A program made the translations under genes and the position numbers. Shown in pieces: positions 12,641 to 24,700 of a DNA stretch of 64,000 nucleotides. The DNA lies in contig OZ024745.1 in NCBI GenBank assembly GCA_964016885.1, positions 132,742,001-132,806,000 on the forward strand, read 5' to 3'. The stretch comes from Eledone cirrhosa. Its lineage: Eukaryota. Position 1 is the stretch's first letter. Each line of letters begins with the position of its first letter. The notes beneath the pieces are model-generated. The model ran no database searches. It worked only from the letters and a program-made list of their open reading frames with translations, and was not told the DNA's origin.

Positions 12641-13249
12641 TATAAAGAAATGAAATGCATTTTACATCAAAAGATTGATTCTCATATCCGAGATTTAATC
12701 ATATATTTTAGAAATATTCATTTATTCTATATTTTCTTTCATATTTATCTCTGAATATGGTTGATGTCCAAGAGAAAAGGTAAAAATAGCACTATAAAGG
12801 AATTTGTAAATATATCGATTGATTTAAAGCTAATCTATATATTACTGCCACAACCCATACAATGGGGAATTGCTTGATGGAATCAAACATCAAATGAAAA
12901 ACAAAAACAAAAAAGTAAGGGAATCACTAAGCGCAAAAAAAAATAAAGGTTTACAGAAGTGGAATAAAAGCAAAATAGAAACAAAGCATTTGTTTTCATG
13001 AATAAGTTTATGGATATTTTTATATTGTCGCACATCATTTCTCTATCATAAAATTTACTTATATGTTTTTAATCAAATTAATGAGATTACGTGAATAAAA
13101 AGCTAAACATTAAATTCTGTATATTACTGCATGATGGAATGTGTGTAGATATGTTAGAAGAATATGATATAATAATCACATACTAACAGAACAAATACAC
13201 CAAATATGACTTTTTAGAAGACATGAGGATTAGATTGTATAATAATTTA

Positions 13250-16200
13250 AACTGTAATATATAGGATGAGCTTTTGCATCATAGTAGATGGAAGTTAGCA
13301 TTTCAGATAATTCTACAGATCCTATCAGAAAACAAGATCAGGAGAGAGAGTGAGAGAGAGAAAGAGAAAGCCAAGCTAGCCTACAATCGGATATCGGCAA
13401 TGAATGTTCCAGACCGGCCAAGTCTTGGAATTAGCGTCTAAATGTCTAAGTATTTCAAAGACATTTTATATTATTGACGTGTTAATGAAGTATTTAACAA
13501 ATCACAGTCCATTCCATGAGAAGACCGAGTCAGTGTGGCAGACAACTACGCAGGATGCTAGTCGGCGGCATCAAAACCGGAACCAAATGAGTGTGAAATG
13601 AAATCTAGAGCTATCTCCGTTATGCTTGCTTCCATATTTATACGTAAGTATATATGCATGTATTATTTTTTTTGTAGAGCGAAAGACTCCTATTATTCAT
13701 TAAGACTTCGTTTGCATCGATTGATGTAGACCACTTTATCTTTTCGGGCAAATGTAAATTGGCCCCTTGCAAAGCCTCTCCTCACTTATAAAAGAATTTA
13801 AGCACAAACATCGCTTAATATAAGACACTTATTGCGATGCATGGAATTGCTGGCCATAGACAAGTCACTAGCAGGACTAATGAAACCACGTCTGTGATGT
13901 TCATCCTTATGTATCAAGCAATTGCATCACTGCAAATCGAGTTGCAGCAATCATGTTTGTAGATACGTATGTATGTATGAATGTATATACGTATGTATGT
14001 ATATATTTATGCCAGATAGCTCTCGAGTGATACTGGTAACATGTAACCCAGTACAACCTATTTCATAGTCGGTTCATCGGCGACTAAACCGGCAACCCCA
14101 CCAAGCTTGCTTGGTGAGGAGGGTGATACATGGACACCGTGCGGGATGAAATAGAAGACAGGGTGAAGGGTGGAGGAACTCAGCTGATTCAACGGCCATC
14201 GAAATAGTACCTGTTGTCACAACACCTTTCTATGAGAGGAAAGCTCTGAAAAAAAACCTGCGTCTTCGGAAGCATCCGATGAAGTTCTCCTTTTCGGGTA
14301 ATGTTTTAGGTGCTCAGTAAGTGGGATTGGTCGAGTGCAAGGCCTTTCTCCACTTAAAAAAAAAACGTTCAATTGCCTGTTCAGGTTATGTTACAGGTTC
14401 GTGTGGCTGGCCGTAGCCTAAATGTTCACAATTTTCTTTAATCTGACAGGCGATTACAATATTCGTAGCAGAGTTGCAGCCATCATGTATGTATGTATCT
14501 ATGTATGTACGTGTGTATATATTTATGCTTATATGTATGTGTGTCTGTGTATGTAAGTATGTTTATAGGTATGCATGCATGTAAGTATGTATGCATGCAT
14601 GTATGTGTGTACGTATGTATGGAAACACTCGGTTTCGTGTATGTGCCTGTCGTTAGTGCACCGAGAGTGAGAGACTCCTGCTCCTTATTTGACCATCATT
14701 CAAGGAAAAGTAAAACTGTTTTGTAAAACCTGTGACTAGATGACATCCAATGGTGTTGACCTGGTCTTCTGTTTTGATAGCTGTCAACGTTATTTAAACA
14801 CTGGGACTGTCCACTGCAAGGTCTTTCGTGACTTAAGAAAACATCAATCACGGGCATAACTGCATCCAAAGGTTTCACACGAGTTTTTCGAGGAGCATGG
14901 CTGGCTGTAGCTGTAAAGGGTTGTTTTGTTTTCTTTGACTGCAGCTTATGCAGAAAGGAATATAAGTTTGTGCCACCCATAAGTGGGCAGGTCAAGCTGT
15001 TTCTTTCCTTTATCAAGGAAAAGCAATTAGCCTCTTTTGTCTGCTGGCTATATCAAAGGACGTGGTATATATTACTTTAAAAAACCACTTGAGAAGAAAT
15101 ATAAAGGTAGACATGGCAGTGTTGCATTGTAGTTGGTACATTCTATGAAAAGATGTTGAGCTTTGCTAAAAATAGCGTCCCCATTAATTATTCGGCTCCA
15201 GTTAAATGTCAATAGATACATTCAATTACTGTGTGTAATATCTTATTATATATTGGTATATTCCACAGGGGGATATTAAATATATTATCACGTGATATTA
15301 CATTTCGAGAAGCACAAGATTGACACTGTATATTATAGAAACTGATAAGCATGAAGAAACATAATTAGTTGTTAACGCAAAGATCGGATATGAAAACACC
15401 GGCTAATTGTAAACAGTAAATTAAAATGTAATACGTCTTGCTAATTACAATAACACTAAAGATGGATAACAATAGCTGAAAAATAAAATCTCTAATAAAC
15501 AATGTTACTTTATATTATTCATAATTTCATAAAATTCGAATTTAATTGTTTATTCGATTATATTTTACTCGCGATTTTTTAAATTAGTATTTCACTAGGA
15601 GTGTGATTTTAACTATATTTTGATTAATTATTTTTAGGAGTACCCTGCGTCACCTTTGTTATAACTCGGCTTAGTTGATAAGGTCGATTTGGATAGTGTT
15701 ACAACTTCTTTTGAGTGGCGCCTTTTCAGAAATATATAGTAAAACACTAAGGTTAAACAAGGCAGTGATGAGGGGAAATATAGTGAGATATATTGGGCGA
15801 GACAGACTGCAATGGCGAGAACAGGAGAGAGTATACATTAAAGCGTTCCAAAAGATTCGATTAACAATATCTATGATAAATACGTTCGATATCATTGTGA
15901 TAGCAGTGAAATGGATTGTGAAGAAAGGAAATAGTGTATGTATGAGAAAGACTTTCTAGTTTGTTCGTTATTCATCCTTTACAAAGTATTTAAGCAATCT
16001 TTTATTGCTTGTTGTCTATGTATATTTGTATAATAACATCCCCACACAGTATGTGTCAGCATTTCTTTAAATATAACCATATATATTGTAACATAGACTT
16101 TCTATAGCGTTCATTCATTCCGTACCAGTTATTCAAACAAAATCATGGTAATATTTGAATAAATATTCACAAGCCACAGGCTAGTCTCGTATTTCTAAAT

Positions 16201-17060
16201 ATAAATTTCTATTAATAATGTATATGCATACGCAGCAGCGTATCTATTTCTAGGAAGCTTCCCAGTTTCCCAGCGCCCAGCTATCCTGCTCTACCTCTAA
16301 CATCTCAAGTATAATTAAGACCACCGTAAAAAGTAAAAATATTCATTACATTGATTTTATTTTCTGATTTCGCAGCTGCCACAAACAGATTCTGTAGAAT
16401 GGCCATCAAAATTGAAAGACAAATTGGTGTCTCTCTTACCAGCAAGGTTTTCGACTTCTGATAAGGAGCAATCCTGTTTTCATATAGAAATCTCGTATTA
16501 ACAGAAAAGTTAAGCCATTAGCTTATATACTTGCTGTTTTCTGTTTTGTATTTTTTACAGGAATAAGCTCCGACACTTCAGTCCTTTTACTCAACTATTA
16601 TAGCAGATTATATAGCACTCCCACCCTCAATCAACTTATCGGTGCAGTCTCACTGAAAATACCCGTGTTGAGAGAAATGCCAATGCAATATGTTACAATT
16701 TATAATGAGTTTATATCAGAGCACAAAGTACACAGAGCGGGTAAAACTATGCTGAAACAACGGGTAGTCGGATAGCTGTGAATACATAATGAGGGTGGTT
16801 TTCAAATCATCCGCTCAAAAGAGCCTGAAGATTGATGTACATCACACGAGTGATTAGGTGAAAAACCATCAGCTTACACACCGAAATGACAGAGAGGCTG
16901 CTTTAACGTACCTGAAAATGAAGATAGATGAGCTATGGATGGGTCATGTATACCTGAATAACTCAAGACAGTATTTGATCAACAAAGAATGAGCCGTGGA
17001 AATGGGTGCGCCTGGTGCGGAACGACCTGAATCAGACGTCCAGAGTTATGTGATAAATCA
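13250..17060 (+). pseudogene. Decayed cadherin-repeat coding remnants, interrupted by repeats
   Basis: Broken motifs: LNTGTVHCKV, TFDIIVIAV, IKIERQIGVSLTSKVFDF, GISSDTSVLL...TPT/QSTYRCSLTENT (after a good acceptor tttttacag at 16552-16560) and CFNVPENED. Confidence 0.5.
14012..14486 (+). mobile_element. Diverged relative of the (TATG)n-associated short retroposon
   Basis: Shares the 5' block tactggtaacatgta.cccagtacaacc...ggcgactaaac..gcaaccccaccaag...cttggtgaggagggtga and the 3' end gagttgcagccatcatgtatg. Flanked by TATG tracts. Confidence 0.75.
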
Positions 17061-17428
17061 AAAAGATTAAACAGCAATCAAATATAAGACAACTGAACTC
17101 ATATTATATTTTGCTAAACAAAGTAAAAACATGATCTGTTTTCACGTGACGTGATGTAGTGAAGAAAGACCGGGGATTTTGAGATATATTCGCCACTAAT
17201 TAAAAGTTTTCGAATTCCCTATCCAAAATACATTTTCACCTGAAGTGAACACGTATTTGGATTTTCGAATGAAGCATATAGTTCCATAATTAATACAGAG
17301 ATGAAATCATCTCCCAGGTCTGTACAATAAAAATGTAATAGACATTTACATAATAAAGTTGGTGAATGATTGAAATGCAGTGACGAAATGCTTAAAGTTT
17401 TCCTTCATGTTTTCCTTACGTACCCATT

Positions 17429-17476
<48 letters not shown>

Positions 17477-17488
17477 TATATATATATA

Positions 17489-18183
17489 AGAGAGTATTGA
17501 AGTTTGCTTGAAGCATTGTGGAACAATAAGTAAATATCTTTAAGTCGTTTGGAAGACACGACAATGCAAATGCGTAAATCTCCGGGTAACAAGGTCCGGT
17601 GGTGGAGAGAGAGATGTAAGTGCGTGTACGTTGAGATGCGTAGTGTGTATAAGATGTGTGAGATGTGTAGAATGAAGGGAAAAGTATAAAGGATAAAATA
17701 GAAATAACAACACAAGAGAGAGTTACCTTGGGAGAGATTTAATAGTCTCTATATATTTCGGTCACATCCATCAACTGGGATTTTTTTACGGGGTGGGTGA
17801 AAAGGTTGTCTGTCGGACAACTCCGGAACGCGTCCTTCGCTGTTTGTTGTTTTGAATATCAAAACAACAAACAGCGAAGGACGCGTTCTGGACTTGTCCG
17901 ACAGACAACCTTTTTCCCCACCCCGGAAAAAAATCCCAGTTGATGGATGTGACCGAAATATATAGGGACTATTAAATCTCTCCCAAGGTAACTCTCTCTT
18001 GTGTTGTTATTTCTATTTTATCCTTTATACTCTTCCCTTCATTCTACACATCTCACACATCTTATACACACCACGCATCTCAACGTACACCCACTTACAT
18101 CTCTCTCTCCACCACCGGACCTTGTTACCCGGAGATTTACCCATTTGCATTGTCGTGTCTTCCAAACGACTTAAAGATATTTA

Positions 18184-18188
<5 letters not shown>
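17489..18188. mobile_element. Fold-back PLE terminal-repeat element (family 1): 330 bp inverted arms, 3 nt loop, in (TA)n
   Basis: Arms 17526-17855 and 17859-18188 are near-perfect reverse complements. Degenerate hammerhead-like motif at 17934-17968. A single-arm copy is at 21280-21622. Confidence 0.8.
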
Positions 18189-18235
<47 letters not shown>

Positions 18236-18296
18236 TGCATACTTACGTACGTAAGTACGTAAGTACATACATTCATATACAGATACATAGATATAC

Positions 18297-18709
18297 ATGG
18301 TGGTGGCTGTCAACTCGTTTTCGAGTACGGCCACTACTTTATATCCATGTAGGAAAACCCCTACCGATGCGCTGAACGAGTGTGACTTTTTAGTCCAGCC
18401 AGCAACTTGAAAACTCTGGTACACACACTACTCTTGTGACAATTATTGACACATAGTGCTGGGCCCATGGTACAATGTGACGACAAGTGCAGAGAGATCT
18501 CCAGATATAAAGCAATGCCTGTGCCGTGAAGCTTTTATAGTGAGAAAGCCAGTCCCACTGCACAAAGCCAGTCCCACTCTCTTAACCAAGATGATATTTA
18601 CCCAAAAGAAGAACAAGTCCACATCATTGGATACCATCACGGTTGCAGGTGTTATATCAGAGTTTTCCTTGTCCTAGAATTCTGCCTTGACAAAGGCTAA
18701 GGGGTCATC
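18297..18709 (-). mobile_element. 5'-truncated copy of the (TATG)n-associated short retroposon
   Basis: Reverse complement of 18951-19354. Confidence 0.85.
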
Positions 18710-18740
<31 letters not shown>

Positions 18741-18745
18741 TTAGT

Positions 18746-19354
18746 GTCAGGTCACCAGTTGGTGCTACTGGTAACATGTATCCCAGTACAACCTGTCTCA
18801 TGGTCGGGACGTTGGCGACTAAACTAGCAACCCCACCAAGGTTTCTTGGTGAGGAGGGTGACTTTGGACATCCTGCAGGACTAAAAACAAAACCTGTCAA
18901 AGAGCAAAGGAGCTCTTAAGAGTCAATGGCCATCCAAAATCACCGGGAGAGATGACCCCTTAGCCTTTGTCAAGGCAGAATTCTAGGAGAAGGAAAACTC
19001 TAATATAACACCTGCAACCCTGATGGTATCCAATGATGTTGACTTATTCTTCTTTTTGGTAAATATCATCTTGGTTAAGAGAGTGGGACTGGCTTTGTGC
19101 AGTGCCTTTGCTCACTATAAAAGCTTCACGGCACAGGCATTGCTTTATATCTGGAGATTTCTCTGCACTTGTCCTCACATGGTACCATGGGCCCAGCACT
19201 ATGTGTCAATAATTGTTTCAAGTGCAGTGTTTGTACCAAAGTTTTCAATACGCTGGCTGGACTAAAAGTCACACTCGTTCAGCGCATCAGTAGGGGTTCT
19301 CCTACATGGATATAAAGTAGAGGCCGTACTCGAAAACGAGTTGGCAGCCACCAT
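18746..19354 (+). mobile_element. (TATG)n-associated short retroposon, full-length copy
   Basis: Bounded by pure (TATG)n on both sides. No credible ORF. Confidence 0.85.
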
Positions 19355-19410
19355 GTATGTATGTATGTATGTATGTATGTATGTATGTATGTATGTATGT
19401 ATGTATGTAT

Positions 19411-19745
19411 GAGAAGGAGGACATCGACGGACCATTGATGAGGAGTTTACAAATCCAGTATACAAGATACACCTTTAGCTTCATACCCATCATTATTGGA
19501 GATACGGGTTATATACCAACCTGCTTGGACCAAAGTATGACTGAACTTGGATTTGCGGACAAAGAGCGCAGCTCCCTAATTCTAGTCCACAAATGGCTGC
19601 GATAGCTGACACCTTCACAATTTGCAAAACATTCTTGCGATTCAAGGGACGACAATTTCTTTTCTTTTACAAACTTACCACCAGGAAGGTGGCCGGTCAA
19701 AAAAATATACTCGAAATTAAGAGAAAGAGATAACATACATACATA
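19411..19745 (+). mobile_element. RLE LINE extreme 3' end with (ACAT)n tail
   Basis: [35 protein letters not shown]...TICKTFL matches an RLE C-terminus. Ends aacatacatacata. Confidence 0.75.
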
Positions 19746-19749
19746 GCAA

Positions 19750-21125
19750 GACAACCATTTCTAAAAATTACCGCTCAAAAGTCTGCCGGAACATGATGTA
19801 TCAATTATACACTGGGTGCCTTAATCCGTTTTTTACAGAACCAGTGTGCCACCAACACAATTATAACACCTGAGCAAGCTGGTGGAAAGAAGAAGGTGTG
19901 GGGCTGCATTGATGGCCTACTAACAAATAAAATGTTACAGGAAAAAACAGCAAAGAATCGCAGGAACATGACTGTGGTGTGGCTTGACTATCAGAAGGCT
20001 TTCGATAGTGTACCTCATGAGTGGATTGTTAAGGTTTTACAGTTAGCCAAAGTTCCACAGCCACTAGTAGCTGCTGTAGAACGTCTGACCAAGAACTGTT
20101 TCTTAGGGGTGAGTCGAAGCAAAGTAAGACTGATACAATACATTACCAGAAAGGCAACTTTCAGAGTGATAGCTTATAAGTGCTGCTCTTCATCTTCTCA
20201 CTAAACCCACTATCATACCAGCTCACAAAACAAAGTGTTCATGGAATTAGGTCCAGAAAACCTCCCATCTTTTCTTTGTTAATGATCTGAAGTTGTATGG
20301 GCCAAATATCAACTATATTTAAAAAAGCCATTGGGCCTCCTTACACAATTTTCTGCAGACATCAGAATGAAATTTGGTAAGTCAAAATGTGCATATATGA
20401 CAGTAAAACGCGGATGAGTTGTGCCCTCCTCTGGAAATCTAAAATGAACGGATTTACAATACAACCTTTACAGTCAGGTGACAACTACATATATATTGGA
20501 CTGGATGAGAATGTCAGATATGATGGATCCATAAATAAGCAGAGAGCCAAAACTGAATACCTCCGGAGATTAAAGAAAATGTGGTCATCAGAACTGTCAG
20601 CGTACAAACAAATACATTGCCCACAATATTTTGCTTTGCCAATCCTAACGCCAACATTTGGTCTGCTGAACTCGTCATTGCAAGAACTGAGAGATGGATG
20701 TAAGAACTCGCAAGCTTCTCAGTGTTACTGGAAATTTTAACATCAATGGTGATGTGGATAGGCTTTACTTCTCATGCAAGGAATGTGGCCGGCGTCTAAA
20801 ATCCATATCAACATCATAGGAGACTCGAATAGTAACAGGGAAGCAGCATCTTCAGCAGAAGAAAAAGGTCAGCAACCATCTTGGCCAGGTCTATGAAATA
20901 TTATCATTAGAATAGCCTTAGACCTTGAGAGATATGGAATAAGGCCTGATATAGATCTCTCTCCCAGGGAAATTGGAAGATCCTATTCAATGTTGGAATA
21001 GGATAAAAATATAGACTAATTTACAGAGAAAGTTGTGCATGGGTAACTGAGGCGAAAAACACAGACCTTAGAGGAGAGAACTCGTCCAAAGAGCCTGGCC
21101 TGGAGTTCTGACAAGATTATGGCAT
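19750..21125 (+). mobile_element. R4/Dong-clade LINE reverse transcriptase fragment, degraded
   Basis: PEQAGGKKKVWGCIDGLLTNK, VVWLDYQKAFDSVPHEWI, LNPLS, HLFFVNDLKLY, MKFGKSKC, YIYIG and DVDRLY. Confidence 0.9.
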
Positions 21126-21279
21126 CTTGTGTAAATACAGAAACCAGCACAAATAGATAATACAATGGATTGACAGCTAACGCCACCCCGCTCCCAAAAT
21201 TAAAAGAACTATTTCCGCCGTCGACCTTTACTTGACCGTACTGATCCCGCGCGCACGCGCGCTCTGCTTAATGCCTCAG

Positions 21280-21622
21280 TTATTCAAAACAACGCACAGC
21301 AAAGGACACGTATCGCTCCTCTCCGACATATAACCCCCCCCCCCCCCGGAAAACCCCCCAGTTGATGGATGTGAATCAGAAATATAGGGACAATTAAATC
21401 TCTCCCAAGATAACTTGTGTTATTATTTTTATTTTTTACACTCTTTCCTACGTTCTTCTACACACTAGACATCTCATTCTACATTCACTTACATCTCTCT
21501 CTTCACCACCGGATATTGTTATCCAGAGAATTACCCATCTGCATTGTTGAGGCTTCTAAAACGACAAAAGAAAATAATTCTTATTATTCCACAATGCTTC
21601 AAGCAAACTCCAATACTCTCTT
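21280..21622 (+). mobile_element. PLE terminal-repeat family 1, single-arm diverged copy ending in (TA)n
   Basis: Aligns to 17859-18188 and to the reverse complement of 17489-17530. Confidence 0.75.
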
Positions 21623-21624
21623 AT

Positions 21625-21656
<32 letters not shown>

Positions 21657-21657
<1 letters not shown>

Positions 21658-22026
21658 GGAAGAAATTATAGTTCACTTGAAGCATTGTGTAATGAGGTAT
21701 AAACGTTTGTATATGTATAATAAAGCCAAAGCAATGCAGGTATGGACATAGAATAAAGAATGCAAATGCAAAAGATATTGTTGACAATTAATCTTTTACC
21801 TTAGATATATTTAAATGTCCATAATTTTCGATATTAGCTATTTAGAACACTGGTTTAACCGCTTTACTTCTCTCCGAAGAAGAGATATTATCTCGAAAAT
21901 TAAGGACATTTAAATAAATCTAAGGTAAAAGACTAATTGTCAACAATATCGTTTGCATTTGCATTCTTTATTCTATGTCCATACCTGCATTGTTTTGGCT
22001 TTATTATACATATACAAACGTTTATA
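21657..22026. mobile_element. Fold-back PLE terminal-repeat element (family 2) in (TA)n
   Basis: Inverted arms 21698-21831 and 21893-22026. Hammerhead-like motif at 21870-21906. The same family is attached to a GIY-YIG fragment at 34153-34980. Confidence 0.8.
21870..21906 (+). ncRNA. Minimal type I hammerhead ribozyme motif (U4C variant)
   Basis: tct CCGAAGA a GAGAT att ATCTC GAAA att a agg: stem II 5 bp, palindromic AATT stem III, short stem I. Confidence 0.6.
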
Positions 22027-22199
22027 TATATATATATATATAATATAATAGTTATATAAATTCATTTAACATAGGTGCACACGCAAATACACTCACTGAA
22101 AACCTACCCATAATTATATAATTATATAAACTGAAATTAAAATTACGTGACAACATTATGACAAGAATGTTAGATTTGCGAAAACCATGAAACTCACTA

Positions 22200-23100
22200 A
22201 TTGCATAACAGAGTTTTATTTCTCAGTATAAAAACCATAATGGTAATCTTCAAAACCTCCTATAATTCTAAAGCTATTAACCCTGGCGTGGCCTTTTCCT
22301 TTGACCAAAGGCAACTACTGAAGTAACATGTAGTCTTTTCAATACTTCACATAAAGAACGATTCCAATTACATCAGGGTATAGTTATAGAGTTGATGAGC
22401 CAGAGATGCAGTATCATCAACTCAAGCATGTATCAAATAGTCGTTAATGCGCACTTTCTAGTGGATGTCAATATCATATATAGAAGAGAACAGTCAGAAA
22501 GATTTCCCCTTATAGGTAGTTTTGTTAAAGAAAATAATATGAATGGCAGGTTATCAATACTATATGTTAACTTCAAAGGTTTTAAATATGTTCAGTTTCT
22601 GCAATATGTTCGATAAAATAATATAGAGCATCAAATAGACAAAGTTCTATCTCACTTGCTGCAGTAAATATTATTATAGCAAAATACTGTACTTTTAAAC
22701 TATAGTTTGGATCAAATACAAAATGATACATTGGGGAATATAGCTAATCGGATCTGGAATCTTTGCAGTATTGACCAGCTTCCCTCTCCTACCAGACACC
22801 AATAATGCAATTTTGTTCATTGAGGAATATCAAGTGTGTGTTATAAAACCATTGTCCCAGGCTTTGCCGATTCGCCGACATAATTACACTTCCCATCAAA
22901 GCAGACGGTAATATTAAGTATTTCTGCTTCAGTTGTTATGTTCATTCTAAAGTTAGCAAGCTACTTCATACTAATCCTTGCATGGCTGCAGATGTAATAT
23001 AATATTATAATCACTAGAGCAGCTACTTGAAATAGTAGCACATAGGAAGATGTAAAATGCTACATCTCACTATATGTAACTGCTACGTCACACAAAGTTC
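22200..23100 (-). pseudogene. Decayed cadherin-repeat remnants
   Basis: NITVCFDGKCNYVGESAKPGTMVL, FFNKTTYKG and SIEKTTCYF. Confidence 0.4.
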
Positions 23101-23450
23101 TGAAGAAATTAATTGAAAGGTTTCATAATGTTTTATCCAATATGTGGCATCCTGTTTACATTGAATTTAGTTAGTATAGGGGCATTTGTAAAGTAGAATT
23201 ATTTATAATTATATTAAAAAATACTACAATGAAAAACGTTAATTGTCTTATAATAATTAGAAATACAATGCTCACGGAATCATAATATTTTGAACATATA
23301 ATATTCTATACAGACTGAATGAGAATCAGTGCACATAATTATGGACAAAATACGTAATGTTACGCAATGTAGCGCAAACACAAAGCTAGAGACATGTTTC
23401 ATAATATCGTATACGGTATCTAATTCGCTACATCCATATTGAGACACACT

Positions 23451-23641
23451 TGGCGGTGGATTGGCAGTATCAGTAGATAGTCGGACGCCATGCTTTCTAG
23501 CATAGTTACGTCCCTTTACGGTCCGAGTTCAAATCCCGCCGAGGTTAACTTTGCCTTTCATCCTTACGTGGTCGATAAAATAAAGTACCAATAATGCACT
23601 GGGTAATTGCTGGCCTTGTGCCAAAAGTAGAAACAATTATT
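23451..23641 (+). mobile_element. SINE family A
   Basis: Full head, core and tail (ggccttgtgccaaaagtagaaacaattatt). Confidence 0.9.
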
Positions 23642-24447
23642 GGGACCCACTTGCATATCACAACACACGTGTGTGTCTGTAACCGAAATAAACCAAAGCC
23701 GGGTATACATTTAACTAAGCAGGTTATGTGCAGAAGCAAACATATTTTCCTCTGTAAATTTGTTCCAGTGTCAGCTTGCCTGCGTCTCTTTCTATCATTA
23801 TATAGCGAAAGGTGAACAGTTTTGCTTGAATGCAATTTAAATTCCCACCAAATTGGCTTCAGTTTCCATGATCTGCAATAACAGTGCTAGCTAACTGGAA
23901 CGACAACGTAAAAAGCGGAGTCATTCCGTTTAGAAACGACAATGAACTCGTCACGGTGATTTACTGTCCATACCAGAAGACATATGAAATTTTCCAGTAT
24001 CTAAACAACCATTATACTCTCTGGTGATCGATACTAATCGAACGTATCCAACAGGGTATGCACCCACTCAGCCAACACAGAAATATTCGACTAAAATAAG
24101 GAATACGAGAGTAAAGCATCAGTTAAGACTGGGTAGAGAGAAACAATAGAATTTAACGAAGGTCTCGCTTTGGTGGAAGTCACGCTCTAATCATATGCAG
24201 AGATATACGGAATTACATTCCTTCAACTGTCATCAACAATAATAAAATTAAAATTAGGACCAACTAAAATAATAATAACATTATCATCAACACGGATGTC
24301 TTTAAAGTGTCGGCTTTCACAGTTGTAAAATCTACAGCCTTAGTCGTGGTGGTCTTTGTAGCACGAAGAACAATAAAAATAATAAGAATAATAATGGTGA
24401 TAGTAGTAATAGTAGTGGTAATAGTGATATGAGTAGTCGTAGCAATA

Positions 24448-24700
24448 ATAATTGTTTCTACGTTAGGCACAAGGCCAGCAATTACAATAATAGTTTCTGA
24501 TTTGGGAACAAGGACAATAGTTTTGGGGAAGGGGAAAGTCTATTAAATCAACCTCACTGCGTTACTGGTAATTTATGTTATCTACTCCGTAGATACAATT
24601 TATTTCATTTACTACCTTGGCGGGATTTGAACTCAGAACATAAATGGCCATAACTATATGCCACGAAATGTATTTTCCGAGACTCTACCGATATAGTCAA
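24448..24700 (-). mobile_element. SINE family A plus a second SINE tail
   Basis: Reverse-strand core ggcgggatttgaactcagaac, with two tail motifs. Confidence 0.8.

Noticed and set aside
16376-16510. Possible live exon after the acceptor-like ttttctgatttcgcag
   Set aside because: All three frames contain stops before a usable donor, so it is treated as pseudogene debris.
18825-18865. GAGGAGGG motif suggesting a twister ribozyme in the TATG-associated element
   Set aside because: The upstream UAAC.C.GC and GUCCCAAGCCC-like elements required for the pseudoknots are absent.
23451-23545. tRNA genes at SINE heads (also 63157-63215 and others)
   Set aside because: A/B-box remnants only. No cloverleaf forms and each continues into a SINE body.
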